From Acidobacteriota bacterium (GTDB lineage: Bacteria > Acidobacteriota > Blastocatellia > RBC074): 64,000 nt of DNA. A model generated the notes under the pieces. That model ran no database searches and was not told where the DNA came from. It saw only the letters and a program-made list of their open reading frames with translations. The stretch covers positions 117,715 to 181,714 of the forward strand of contig JAFDVL010000046.1 of the NCBI GenBank assembly GCA_018268995.1, in the 5' to 3' direction. A program made the position numbers and the translations under genes. Numbering within the stretch: position 1 is the first letter of the stretch; each line of letters begins with the position of its first letter. Shown piece after piece: positions 1-9,065 of the stretch.

Positions 1-2883
1 CAACTCGTAGACCTGCGAGAAGACAAAGCCGTGATCGCGTTGCCAGCCCGACGGGCCACGATTCAGATTCGCGTCGTAGAAGAAGTATCCACCGTCATCG
101 GCTGCCTGATCCTGATAGGTGTAATGCATCAGAATCGAGTAGCCATCTGAGAATCGCTTGTCGAGTTTGACTTGCAGCGAGTTGTAGCGGTTGTCGGCAC
201 AGTTGCAGAAGTAATCAATGCCCTGCGTCCAGCCAAATTTCTGGAAGTACGGTTTGGCTAATGTGCTGTTGCGACCCGGTGTGTAGCCCGTGATCGGCAC
301 CTGATTGGCATCAATCGCCGGGCCGTCACCTGCGAACACGTGTGTTCCTTTGTTGCCGACAAACGCGGCTTCAATGGACATCTTGCTGGTCAATTGATAC
401 TGCACCGTCACGTTGTACGCATCCACGCTTGGCAGCCGCATTTTGCTCGGTAATACGCGGGCAAAGACGCCATTGGGGAGGAAGAATTGACCGCTGGAAG
501 GCAGCGAAGTATTCGCCACGGCGGTCGGGTCTTTCGGCGCTTTGTTCAGTCCGAAAAATTGCGTAAACGCGGGCGCGCCATCGGCCAGATTAAAGGCACG
601 ATTAAAAGCACCGTTGTCCACGCGTTGTACTGCAAGCACGGGCAGGTTTTGCGTGACCGAATGTCCGAAGACTGATCCGAACACGCCGATGTCGTAGCTG
701 CGACCGTAGCCTGCACGAATCACGAGTTTATCTGACGCTTTGTAGGAAAGTGCCAGACGCGGAGCGATGTTGATGGAATTATCAACATTGCCATTCAGCT
801 TGGTGCTGCCCACACCGACGGTGCTGATCTGACCGGTTTCCAGGCTCAGGAAGCCCGCGTTTCCGGCTTTGTTAATGGATTGCGGATTGATGACATCTGC
901 CCGTAATCCGTAATTGATGGTCAGCTTGGAAGTGGCGCGCCACGAATCCTGACCGTAATAGAAATGCCGCCATTGGCGTTCACGCGCATCCGTGCTGGAG
1001 CTGATGTAACGACCAAAGCTTGTGACATCGCCCAGAAGGAATGTGGCAAGACCGAGGCCGGTTCCGCTGCCAAATGAAGTCCGTTCGTTGTTGAAGGACA
1101 ACTCACCCGAACGATGTGTGTCGCTCGGCACGCGCAGGTTGAAAGCGCGGCGAATATCAATCCCAAACTTGAAGGTGTGGTTGCCGACAAATTTCGTCGT
1201 GTTCGTCACGAACTGGAATTGATTTTCGTCCTGATCCAAGGGACAGTTGCAACGATTGACGCCAAGGCCGGAACCGAAGTTCGTGCCGCCCGTACCGCCG
1301 TTGCCGTTGATGAAACCAGCAAACAGGCCGGAACTGAACGCGTCATTATTCAGCCCGCGAATGCCCGCATCCGTGGCAGTATTTTTGCCGTAATCAAAGG
1401 GCAATACGTTGACTTTGTAACGGAAAAATCCAAACCGGAAGTCCGTGACAAGTGTCGCGCTCCAGGTGTAGTCAAAGCCGTAAGCGATGCTTTGATTGCG
1501 CACTTTGGAGGAACCACCGAGCGAAACCAATTCGGAACCGCCGCCCGCACCGAAAGCCGTTGGGCCAATGCGAACGAAATCCGCAAAGCTGTAGCGCCCA
1601 AACATGCTGAGTTTTTCAGAGGTGCGATAATCCATGCGGACATCGAAGCTGTCTTTGTCAAACCCTTCAATGCCGGACGCGACGTAGTTATCTGTTGTGC
1701 CATTCAAGCGACCGGGAGCATTCGGCAGCGGGATGAGCTTCAACACATTGAGAGCTTGTGCCGACAAACGAGCTGTCGGAATTTTATTGCTCGTGAATTG
1801 CGTACGCGCCGTCAATGCCCCAGAGGAATTGAAGACCGATGTTACCGGATCGTAGATGTTCACGCCATAGGCGCTCAGATCGCCTGTGCGCGCGGCAGCC
1901 GTGGGCACAGACAGCAACCGCGTGCCGCCGGTTTTGCTGCGCAGTCCTTCATAGTCGCCAAAATAAAACAGCCGATCTTTGATGAGTGCGCCGCCGATGG
2001 CACCACCGAATTGATTTTTCAGTGTGTCAGGAATGAATTTCCCCGTGAGCGAATCTTTGCGCGCCTGGGAAAACGGATTCCGGGCCTGAAACAAATCATT
2101 CTGGCGGAAAAGAAACACTGCACCGTGAATGTCATTTGTTCCTGATTTGGTGGAGACGGAAGCGACGCCCGCAATGGCTTGGCCAAATTCGGCGTCATAA
2201 TTTTGGGAGGTGACCTTGGTTTCGCCAATGGCTTCAAAATTGGGGTTGATGACGATGATGCCAAGAATCGGATCACGATTTTCGGTGCCGTCTAATTGGA
2301 AGCCAGTGCCGCTAAAGCTCTGCCCATTGACCATTGTCTGGGTGGAGCCTTGGGGGTTTTCGCTCGCTGCGTGTTGCCATTGCAATTGCTGCGTGCCGGG
2401 GGTCAATAAAATCAGTTTGGTAAAGTTGCGATCCAGGATTGGCAAATCTGTGACCTGGCGCGATTCAAAGGTTGTTGCCACGTCGGCGCGATCTGTTTTC
2501 AGCAGCGGTGCTTCAGCCGTGATGGTGACTTCTTCTGTCACTGCGCCTGCCTGTAGCTGAAAGTTTGCAGCGGTCGCGACGTCAATGTTGACTGTGACCT
2601 CTTGGACCGCAGCTTTGAAGTTCGGGGCTTCCACTTTGATCCGATAAAGTCCCGCTACCAGACGAGTCTGATTGAAATTGCCGTCTGTATTGGTTTCAGT
2701 GGTAAAGGTGAGATTCTTTCCCAAATCCGTAATTGTGACTTTAGCTTTGGGCAAAGCTGCTCCGCTCGGGTCGGTTACTGTTCCGAAAACGCTGCCGTAC
2801 ACGGCCTGCCCGAAGGCCTGGCTCGTCAAAGCGGAAAGCAAAAGGCACAATGCGATGAGGGAGAATCTCTGAACGGTTCTCAT
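1..2883 (-). CDS. TonB-dependent receptor with N-terminal carboxypeptidase-regulatory-like (CarbD/Cna B-type) domain. It is partial: the C-terminus runs off the left edge.
   Basis: The reverse complement of 2881-2883 is ATG and is preceded by a GGAGG RBS (reverse complement of 2889-2893). The translation begins MRTVQRFSLIALCLLLSALTSQAFGQAVYGSVFGTVTDPSGAALPKAKVTITDLGKNLTFTTETNTDGNFNQTRLVAGLYRIKVEAPNFK, i.e. a signal peptide followed by a CarbD domain as in Acidobacterial TonB receptors. The minus frame stays open to position 1. The + strand ORF 1114-2145 lies antisense to it. Confidence 0.75.
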   Translation of the reverse strand, partial: MRTVQRFSLIALCLLLSALTSQAFGQAVYGSVFGTVTDPSGAALPKAKVTITDLGKNLTFTTETNTDGNFNQTRLVAGLYRIKVEAPNFKAAVQEVTVNIDVATAANFQLQAGAVTEEVTITAEAPLLKTDRADVATTFESRQVTDLPILDRNFTKLILLTPGTQQLQWQHAASENPQGSTQTMVNGQSFSGTGFQLDGTENRDPILGIIVINPNFEAIGETKVTSQNYDAEFGQAIAGVASVSTKSGTNDIHGAVFLFRQNDLFQARNPFSQARKDSLTGKFIPDTLKNQFGGAIGGALIKDRLFYFGDYEGLRSKTGGTRLLSVPTAAARTGDLSAYGVNIYDPVTSVFNSSGALTARTQFTSNKIPTARLSAQALNVLKLIPLPNAPGRLNGTTDNYVASGIEGFDKDSFDVRMDYRTSEKLSMFGRYSFADFVRIGPTAFGAGGGSELVSLGGSSKVRNQSIAYGFDYTWSATLVTDFRFGFFRYKVNVLPFDYGKNTATDAGIRGLNNDAFSSGLFAGFINGNGGTGGTNFGSGLGVNRCNCPLDQDENQFQFVTNTTKFVGNHTFKFGIDIRRAFNLRVPSDTHRSGELSFNNERTSFGSGTGLGLATFLLGDVTSFGRYISSSTDARERQWRHFYYGQDSWRATSKLTINYGLRADVINPQSINKAGNAGFLSLETGQISTVGVGSTKLNGNVDNSINIAPRLALSYKASDKLVIRAGYGRSYDIGVFGSVFGHSVTQNLPVLAVQRVDNGAFNRAFNLADGAPAFTQFFGLNKAPKDPTAVANTSLPSSGQFFLPNGVFARVLPSKMRLPSVDAYNVTVQYQLTSKMSIEAAFVGNKGTHVFAGDGPAIDANQVPITGYTPGRNSTLAKPYFQKFGWTQGIDYFCNCADNRYNSLQVKLDKRFSDGYSILMHYTYQDQAADDGGYFFYDANLNRGPSGWQRDHGFVFSQVYEL

Positions 2884-3224
2884 AAATTTCCTCCCGTGAA
2901 TTGCCCCACCTATGGGCATCAGGAATAAAAGCTTAACGATAAAGCCCTACGCGATACACGTATCGCTTTGCCGATAAACCTGGGGGTTAATATGGATTGT
3001 TGATACGGATTCTGACCTCGTTGTCAGAATAGAATTCCCAGCAAAGTAACGTATTTGTCTTCAGGTCGGTATGTGTCGTCTTATCTTGCCTGAAGATCGT
3101 TTGGATAGTGTGAATAACTAACGAGTAGGGAAGGTACGATGCTTCAGATTGCTTTAGGCGTTACGACACGTATAATACAGTTACTTGAATTAATGCTGGG
3201 AAAATCAATGGTTAGAGGCTTGCA

Positions 3225-3262
3225 CGTTACCAGCGTTACGTCGTTACATGTAACGGTAACTC
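3225..3262. promoter_or_regulatory. Candidate operator: an array of GTTAC/GTAAC half-sites including a perfect palindrome CGTTACATGTAACG
   Basis: The sequence ttaccagcGTTACgtcGTTACatGTAACgGTAAC lies immediately upstream of the 3276 start codon, in the divergent intergenic region 2884-3275. Confidence 0.3.
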
Positions 3263-3275
3263 CCGCAATTTTTTA

Positions 3276-4469
3276 ATGAGCGTGCTAAAGGAAGAAAAGC
3301 TGCGTCAGCTTGATAAGGTTTTGCAATCCCATGCCTTGCACGGAGCAGAGAGCCTGAAAGCATTTCTTCGTTTTGTGGGCTTAAGCGCGATCAACCATCC
3401 TGAAACTCAACTCAAAGAATACGTCATCGCCACCGAAGTCTTTGGGCGTCGCAGCGATTACGATCCCCGCATTGACTCGGCTGTCCGCGTGCAGGCGGGG
3501 CGGCTACGCACAAAGCTGCAAGAGTATTACGCCACCGAAGGCAAGTACGACGAGGTGCATATTGATTTGCCAAAAGGGCAATACACGCCTGTCTTTTCTT
3601 ATGCCAAGCCGTCGCGCGCAGAAGATACCAACGGAACGCATCGCTTGACTGAAACGGCAGAGTCGCTGGCGTCTGCTTCCGTAAAACAGGTCGCACTTCC
3701 TTTATGGGAAGAGTTGTTGCGGGCACCAGAGCCTGTGCTGGTCATTTTCAGCAATAGCGTTTTTCACGGCAACTACGATGAGATGCGACTCTTTAACTCG
3801 CTGGATGTGTTGGAAGGTCATCACGATGTTCCCACTTCTGCTCCCAGCCTGAACCTTGGCCCGGGCCAAACGCCTGTGATTGATCATTACACCGGGATTG
3901 GCGAGGTGATGGGCGTTTATTTCCTCGGAGATTTCTTTGCCAAAATGCATCACCCCTTTCGGATCAAGCGCAGCCTCTTGCTGACCTGGGATGATGCCAA
4001 GATGGAAAATATCGTTGTGCTGGGGTCACCTGCCGAAAATCTGTTTTTGCTCGACCTGCCACAAAAACAGGAGCTGATTTTTAAATGGGTTCCCGATGAA
4101 AATGGAAAAGCCGTCAATGCGATTGTGAATACACGGCTGCAATCGGGCGAGCAGGAAGTGTATCGCGCCACGCAATATGGCAATTCGCCGAGTCAGGTTT
4201 CGGAAGACTATGCGACTGTCAGTGTATTGCAAGGGCTGAGCGGAAAGAACCGCATGATGATTCTGGCGGGGATCAATACGTTCGGCACCCAGGCTGCGGC
4301 AGAATATGTGACACAGCCGGAATACATCAAAGACCTGATTGCTCACCTGAATATTGCACCTGCGGGTGAGTCACCTCGTTTGCCGACCTATTTCCAAATC
4401 CTTCTCAAAGTAAAAGTGAATGGCGGCGTGCCGATTCATATTTCCTACGTCACGCATCACGTGTTGTAG
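3276..4469 (+). CDS. Putative transcriptional regulator: N-terminal OmpR/PhoB/CadC-type winged-helix DNA-binding domain plus an uncharacterised ~280-aa C-terminal domain.
   Basis: 397-aa ORF. The segment EVFGRRSDYDPRIDSAVRVQAGRLRTKLQEYY matches the trans_reg_C signature (VWG....RtvDvhIsrLRkKL). There is no receiver domain and no transmembrane segment. It is divergent from the upstream TonB receptor across a 390-bp intergenic region. Confidence 0.55.
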   Translation: MSVLKEEKLRQLDKVLQSHALHGAESLKAFLRFVGLSAINHPETQLKEYVIATEVFGRRSDYDPRIDSAVRVQAGRLRTKLQEYYATEGKYDEVHIDLPKGQYTPVFSYAKPSRAEDTNGTHRLTETAESLASASVKQVALPLWEELLRAPEPVLVIFSNSVFHGNYDEMRLFNSLDVLEGHHDVPTSAPSLNLGPGQTPVIDHYTGIGEVMGVYFLGDFFAKMHHPFRIKRSLLLTWDDAKMENIVVLGSPAENLFLLDLPQKQELIFKWVPDENGKAVNAIVNTRLQSGEQEVYRATQYGNSPSQVSEDYATVSVLQGLSGKNRMMILAGINTFGTQAAAEYVTQPEYIKDLIAHLNIAPAGESPRLPTYFQILLKVKVNGGVPIHISYVTHHVL

Positions 4470-4480
4470 GTGCATTTTCG

Positions 4481-6697
4481 CTAGCTGCCAATGATGAAAA
4501 AGGCATGTTCTTCGACGGCTTGCGCGCCTTGTTTGGTAATCACGCGGATTTCGTAATTTCCCGCTGTTTTGAAATTCTCCAACGGAACACGCGCAATATA
4601 GGGAATCCTGCCTTGTGCATCCGGTGCAGGCAATTCAAGCTGGCCGCGTGCGACCGATTGCCCATCCAGCAATACTTCCAGAATTAATTGTGGCTTGTCT
4701 GTGCTTCCGCGCAATGGGTAAATGACCGTGTAAATTCCTAGCTCGCTGCCCGCTACGGGCTTAATTGGCTCTCCCAGATTCGGAATGATTTTGCCGGTTT
4801 GAAAGCGAAATGGATTGTCATCGCTGGCACTGGATTGATCTATCGGATCAATTCGCTTGATGATGGAAACGCTGCTCATCTTCAGGTTCTCACCTCGATT
4901 CGGCACCAACAGGATTGAGCGTCGCACGGCTTTTTTATTGGTTTCGCGGTCGTGCGCAACTGTTTCCAGCGTGTAGCGACCGGGCGGAACATCAAAGGCA
5001 CGCGTAAAAACGAGATTGCCTTTTTTTAGCGCTTCCAGTCGCGTGGTTGGCCCATCCAGCGGGAAGTCTTCGCTGAATTTATGCACGACACGTCCTTCGC
5101 TGTTTTTCAATAAGGCCAACAGCGAACAATGGGTGCTGTACAGCTTGGTTGTCTCGTCCACCTTGAAAGTCAGATTTGCCAACGGCACTTCCAACACCAG
5201 CATTTCCTGCGTGCCATTAGGCCGATCTGCGAAATGCAGAATCTGCTGCCGAATGTCGAAATCACGCGGCAATGGTTTGGCACTGAGCGCGGCTAACATG
5301 GGCAATTCGTACGGCAGCAATTGCGCCACACCTTCCATTGTCGGCACTGCGAAATAGCCGCTGCGTGTTTGCAGCACAATGTCCGGGCGTAAAGCCTTGA
5401 CTGTGATTGTGCGGAACTTGCCGTCGAATTCTTTTCCTGTCGGGCTGTAGGACGCTTCGTAGTACGAATTTAATTCCGCCAGCACGCGTTTCATCGGCGT
5501 CCGAAAATCATTCGTGTTGGCAACAAAAGCGCCGCCCGTACTTTCTGCCAGCGATGCCAGATTGTTTTGCGTGTTTTTCGTGATCGCACTTTCGGCATTA
5601 TCGAATGCTTTGACCTGTTCGACGGTCACGGCTTCGCCGCCACGCGTGCGTTGTTGACGTTGCGTTGCGGCGACGGCGGAATTCAGCGATTCTTTAGCTG
5701 AATCAAAATCGCTTTGGGTTTGTAAGCCGCGCGCGTCCATCGCATAAAAACTGACATTCGCGCGATTGGCGGAGCTGATTGTGGTCTGAAATGCGTCCTT
5801 TAAATTCGGCGGAACCTGCAAGCCTTCTGAGAAATACACGACCGTTTTACGTCCCAGCAATTTCTTTTGTCCTTCAATTAGCGAAAGCAACGAAAAGATG
5901 GAAGCCTGCCCTTGCTGTTGTCGCGCTGAATCATCCGCCAATCGCAGAATGTTGAGCGTGACTTCTGCCGCCTTTGCATCCGCAAACGCTCCACCGTTGA
6001 CCGTGCTGGCCCCGCCCTGGCCGACCGACGCCGCAGACTGCGCTGCCGTGGCATCTGCTTTGGTGAAGTTTTCCAATTCCTGTCGAATCTTTTGTGATTC
6101 GCTGGCAAAAGACGAAGGAGCCATTCCGATGACACGATCAACCGCTGTTTTAATGCGATCCCGGTCGCTGGTGAAGGATTGAATTGCGCTCAGTCGCTGA
6201 TCAAGGGCGAAGATAGCAACCATCACGTTTGGCCCGTATTCTTCTTTTAGAAACTCCATCGCTGCCATCCGCGCATTGCGACGACCATCCGGGCTGAGCC
6301 GCTCAAACACAAACGATACCAGGTTGATTTGTCGCGTTGGGTCGGCGGTTGAAGGCACATTCGTCTTCGGCGCATTGGCTGGCGTGGTGGAATTACTTCC
6401 GGCTTCAACCACAGCCTCTCGATTCACCAACCGAAACGAAGTGATTTCCTGTTTGACGCCGTCTTCGTAAATTTCAATGTCACCCGCTTTCAGATCGCGT
6501 ATGCCGCGCCCCTTCTTGTCGCGCACCACAATATCGAGCAGCACTTCTTCTGCTCCGATGCGCAGCACTTCGCCTTGCAGGGGCGGCTTTTGTTGCGGTG
6601 GCTGGGGTGTTTGTGCGAGAACTGGACAGAGGAGTGCGCAGACCAGGAAATGAGCTAATCCGAAGCGGAGTCTAAACATAAAATTTCTCCAAAACAT
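4481..6697 (-). CDS. Secreted VWA (von Willebrand factor A) domain protein that resembles the Acidobacteria-specific VWFA family (TIGR03436)
   Basis: ~738 aa. The N-terminus has a hydrophobic signal sequence and then LRIGAEEVLLDIVVRDKKGRGIRDLKAGDIEIYEDGVKQEITSF, which is typical of that family, followed by a VWA region. The ATG at 6697 overlaps the cytochrome stop codon (TGATG). An alternative ATG lies at 6679. Confidence 0.75.
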   Translation of the reverse strand: MFWRNFMFRLRFGLAHFLVCALLCPVLAQTPQPPQQKPPLQGEVLRIGAEEVLLDIVVRDKKGRGIRDLKAGDIEIYEDGVKQEITSFRLVNREAVVEAGSNSTTPANAPKTNVPSTADPTRQINLVSFVFERLSPDGRRNARMAAMEFLKEEYGPNVMVAIFALDQRLSAIQSFTSDRDRIKTAVDRVIGMAPSSFASESQKIRQELENFTKADATAAQSAASVGQGGASTVNGGAFADAKAAEVTLNILRLADDSARQQQGQASIFSLLSLIEGQKKLLGRKTVVYFSEGLQVPPNLKDAFQTTISSANRANVSFYAMDARGLQTQSDFDSAKESLNSAVAATQRQQRTRGGEAVTVEQVKAFDNAESAITKNTQNNLASLAESTGGAFVANTNDFRTPMKRVLAELNSYYEASYSPTGKEFDGKFRTITVKALRPDIVLQTRSGYFAVPTMEGVAQLLPYELPMLAALSAKPLPRDFDIRQQILHFADRPNGTQEMLVLEVPLANLTFKVDETTKLYSTHCSLLALLKNSEGRVVHKFSEDFPLDGPTTRLEALKKGNLVFTRAFDVPPGRYTLETVAHDRETNKKAVRRSILLVPNRGENLKMSSVSIIKRIDPIDQSSASDDNPFRFQTGKIIPNLGEPIKPVAGSELGIYTVIYPLRGSTDKPQLILEVLLDGQSVARGQLELPAPDAQGRIPYIARVPLENFKTAGNYEIRVITKQGAQAVEEHAFFIIGS

Positions 6698-7857
6698 CAA
6701 TCAATATAGGCCTCGCCTGCTTTGACGATGCGAATGCGATGGTCAGTAAATTTGTGATGCGCGCCGGGAATTTCATATTGTGGCATATGACACGAAACGC
6801 AATTGTTTGTCTTTCCATTTTTGCACAAGGGAGCCGTCCGTCCGGCATTGGTCGCGGGCGCAGTCCGATGACAGGCCGCACATTTTGTATCGTAGAACGC
6901 GGCTTCCTGTGTTGATGCTTCGTGTGGATTATGACACGCCGTACAACTGATGCGTTTGTCATCAAAGTCATAACACTTGCTGCTGAAAATTCGATACGGC
7001 TGAAAACGCACGTTCACCACGCCGCGCGCATTTTTCATCATCTGCACCTGCTCCCACGTGCGATGACACGAACCGCAGAATTGCGTCATTCCTTCGTTGT
7101 CGAAATGTCCCGGATTCAAAATTGCTTTGTTCGCAGATTGCGCGGCGGGCATTTTGGATTTCATCCGCGTCACGTGTTTTTCGCCTGCGCCGTGACAGCC
7201 TTCGCACGTAATGCCCGGCGTCATTTTTTCCACTTGAAGCGTTCGTTCGCTAACGGCGGCTGTCGCGTGGCAGCTAAAGCAATCCTTTGTATCCAGCGAA
7301 TCCATGATTCGTCCGAAAGCTTCTTCTAAAGAATTCGCAGGCTGCCGGGGTGCGCCCAGCGTGTAATCCAGCCCGGCGATTTCATCATAGAAACTGACGC
7401 GGCTTTCATAGTATTTGCCGTTGTGTACTAGCACATACGTTTGTCCCGCTTTGCCTTGCCCGAACGCATACAGAATCGGCACCGACATCGTTGCTTTGCC
7501 ATCGGTGACGGAATAAATACTTTGCGAACCCTGCCGAGAGATGGAGTAGGAATACACACCGCTTTTGAATGTCAGCTTCGGATTCGCTTTGAGAATCCTG
7601 CATTCTTCGCCCAGTTCTAACGCTTTGCCCATTGGGGTTGAGGGTTGCGTTTCCGTTTGTGTGTGGCACTCTGCGCAGGCCCGATTCCCGACGTATTGAT
7701 CTCCCGCTCGTGCATGCGTTGCCCGCCATTCGGTGGCCGGAGCAAAGGATTTCCCTGCCGATTGGCTCAGCAGTTTCAGCGGATTCCAGAAAAACGCTAT
7801 AGTACCGAATGCCAGCATCAGAAGCGTTAATTTCGTGACACGAGAAGTGTGATTCAT
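6697..7857 (-). CDS. Multiheme c-type cytochrome with 7 CxxCH motifs, signal-anchored
   Basis: 386 aa. Seven CxxCH motifs: CAECH, CFSCH, CEGCH, CGSCH, CTACH, CAACH and CVSCH. The N-terminus has a hydrophobic anchor (LTLLMLAFGTIAFFW). The start codon overlaps the upstream TPR stop (TAATG) and the stop overlaps the VWA start. Confidence 0.8.
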   Translation of the reverse strand: MNHTSRVTKLTLLMLAFGTIAFFWNPLKLLSQSAGKSFAPATEWRATHARAGDQYVGNRACAECHTQTETQPSTPMGKALELGEECRILKANPKLTFKSGVYSYSISRQGSQSIYSVTDGKATMSVPILYAFGQGKAGQTYVLVHNGKYYESRVSFYDEIAGLDYTLGAPRQPANSLEEAFGRIMDSLDTKDCFSCHATAAVSERTLQVEKMTPGITCEGCHGAGEKHVTRMKSKMPAAQSANKAILNPGHFDNEGMTQFCGSCHRTWEQVQMMKNARGVVNVRFQPYRIFSSKCYDFDDKRISCTACHNPHEASTQEAAFYDTKCAACHRTAPATNAGRTAPLCKNGKTNNCVSCHMPQYEIPGAHHKFTDHRIRIVKAGEAYID

Positions 7858-9065
7858 TACGGCTTTTTTTCTTCGGTTGAATCGCCGATAAAGCTTTCCT
7901 TTTTCGAGCGGCGGATTTTATCCAAACGCATGAACTCTGCCCGCGCACGATCCGCATCCGCTTTGCGTCCGGCCTTTGAATAGGCTCGTGCCAGCGCAAA
8001 GAACATTTCAGGGCTATCCGGGGCTTGTTTGACGCCGATTTCCAATTCTTTGATCGCGCGTTCAGTCTGCCCGGTTTCAAGCAGGATTCGCCCCAGAGCA
8101 TTGTGCGCGGCAAAGAGATCAGGCGCTAATTTTACGGCTTCTTCTGCGTAACTTAATCCGGCGGCGGGTTCACTTCGCTTGAGAAACTCGAACGCAATTT
8201 GCAGCCGAGCAAAAACGTGATTTGGCGAAATCTGCAATTCATTTTTGAATTCGCGCACTGCTTCATCGGGCGAATCGCGCAGGAAAAACAGACCGTAGGC
8301 GTAATGCACGCCGGGCATTTGCGGGAAGACGGCCAGCAATTCGCTGAATTCCTGGGCTGCAATCGCTCGCTTGTCCGCTGCCATAAAATACGCCGCGCGA
8401 CCAGTTTTCATCACGACTTCGCGTTTGTCCGCAGGCGCTTCTCCAGGCAGGTAAGGCAATCGCAGCATCATCAGGCCAAAAGCTTCAAAGATGGAAGGGC
8501 TTTCATTTTGGAATTTGGCTAATTCCTGCAACACGGCATACGACAATTCAAATTGCTCAAAGCGATTCATCAGGATCGCTGCATGATAACGCGTCACATT
8601 CGCGATTTCCTGATTGCCGCCCAGCCCCAGATCGCGCCCACGTTGCAAGTGCAACAACGCGTTTTGATAATCCTTGAGTTGATATTCGCACAGTCCCAGG
8701 AAGGCCCATCCCACGCCGCCTCTGGGTTCCAATGCCACCAATCGCTTGAACGCCTCGCGGCCTTCGCCGTAACGATCCTGCTGATAATAAATCGTCCCCA
8801 GCGACCACCAGCCCTGTATCCAATTCGGCTTCTGTCGGACAGCTTGCTGAAATAGGTTGATGGCCTCCGCCAGATTGTCTGCTTGCCGTGCCGCTTCGGC
8901 GCGTTGTGTCAATTGCTCGAAAGACGCAGTTGTTGCAGGCGGTGTTGTGCGTCGCTTGGTGGGTTGTGCTGGAACAAACATGACGAAGCAGAGCAGCAGG
9001 CCAAGCCCCAGCAACAAGGGTTGGATCAAAGATAAATTTAGTTGTTTTCGTCCAACAAAAATCAC
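7857..9065 (-). CDS. TPR repeat protein, secreted or periplasmic
   Basis: 402 aa with multiple TPR-like helical repeats (AEAINLFQQAVRQKPNWIQGWWSLGTIYYQQDRYGEGREAFKRLVALEP and others). The N-terminus has a hydrophobic signal sequence. A GTG start at 9065 overlaps the upstream TPR stop. Confidence 0.7.
   Translation of the reverse strand: MIFVGRKQLNLSLIQPLLLGLGLLLCFVMFVPAQPTKRRTTPPATTASFEQLTQRAEAARQADNLAEAINLFQQAVRQKPNWIQGWWSLGTIYYQQDRYGEGREAFKRLVALEPRGGVGWAFLGLCEYQLKDYQNALLHLQRGRDLGLGGNQEIANVTRYHAAILMNRFEQFELSYAVLQELAKFQNESPSIFEAFGLMMLRLPYLPGEAPADKREVVMKTGRAAYFMAADKRAIAAQEFSELLAVFPQMPGVHYAYGLFFLRDSPDEAVREFKNELQISPNHVFARLQIAFEFLKRSEPAAGLSYAEEAVKLAPDLFAAHNALGRILLETGQTERAIKELEIGVKQAPDSPEMFFALARAYSKAGRKADADRARAEFMRLDKIRRSKKESFIGDSTEEKKP

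Noticed and set aside
1114-2145. 343-aa + strand ORF
   Set aside because: It lies entirely antisense to the TonB-dependent receptor, whose CarbD N-terminus and RBS are clear. The ORF has R/A-rich composition typical of a GC-rich antisense frame.
7406-8113. 235-aa minus-strand ORF overlapping the cytochrome and TPR genes out of frame
   Set aside because: It overlaps two well-supported, translationally coupled genes in a different frame, and its product is basic and low-complexity.
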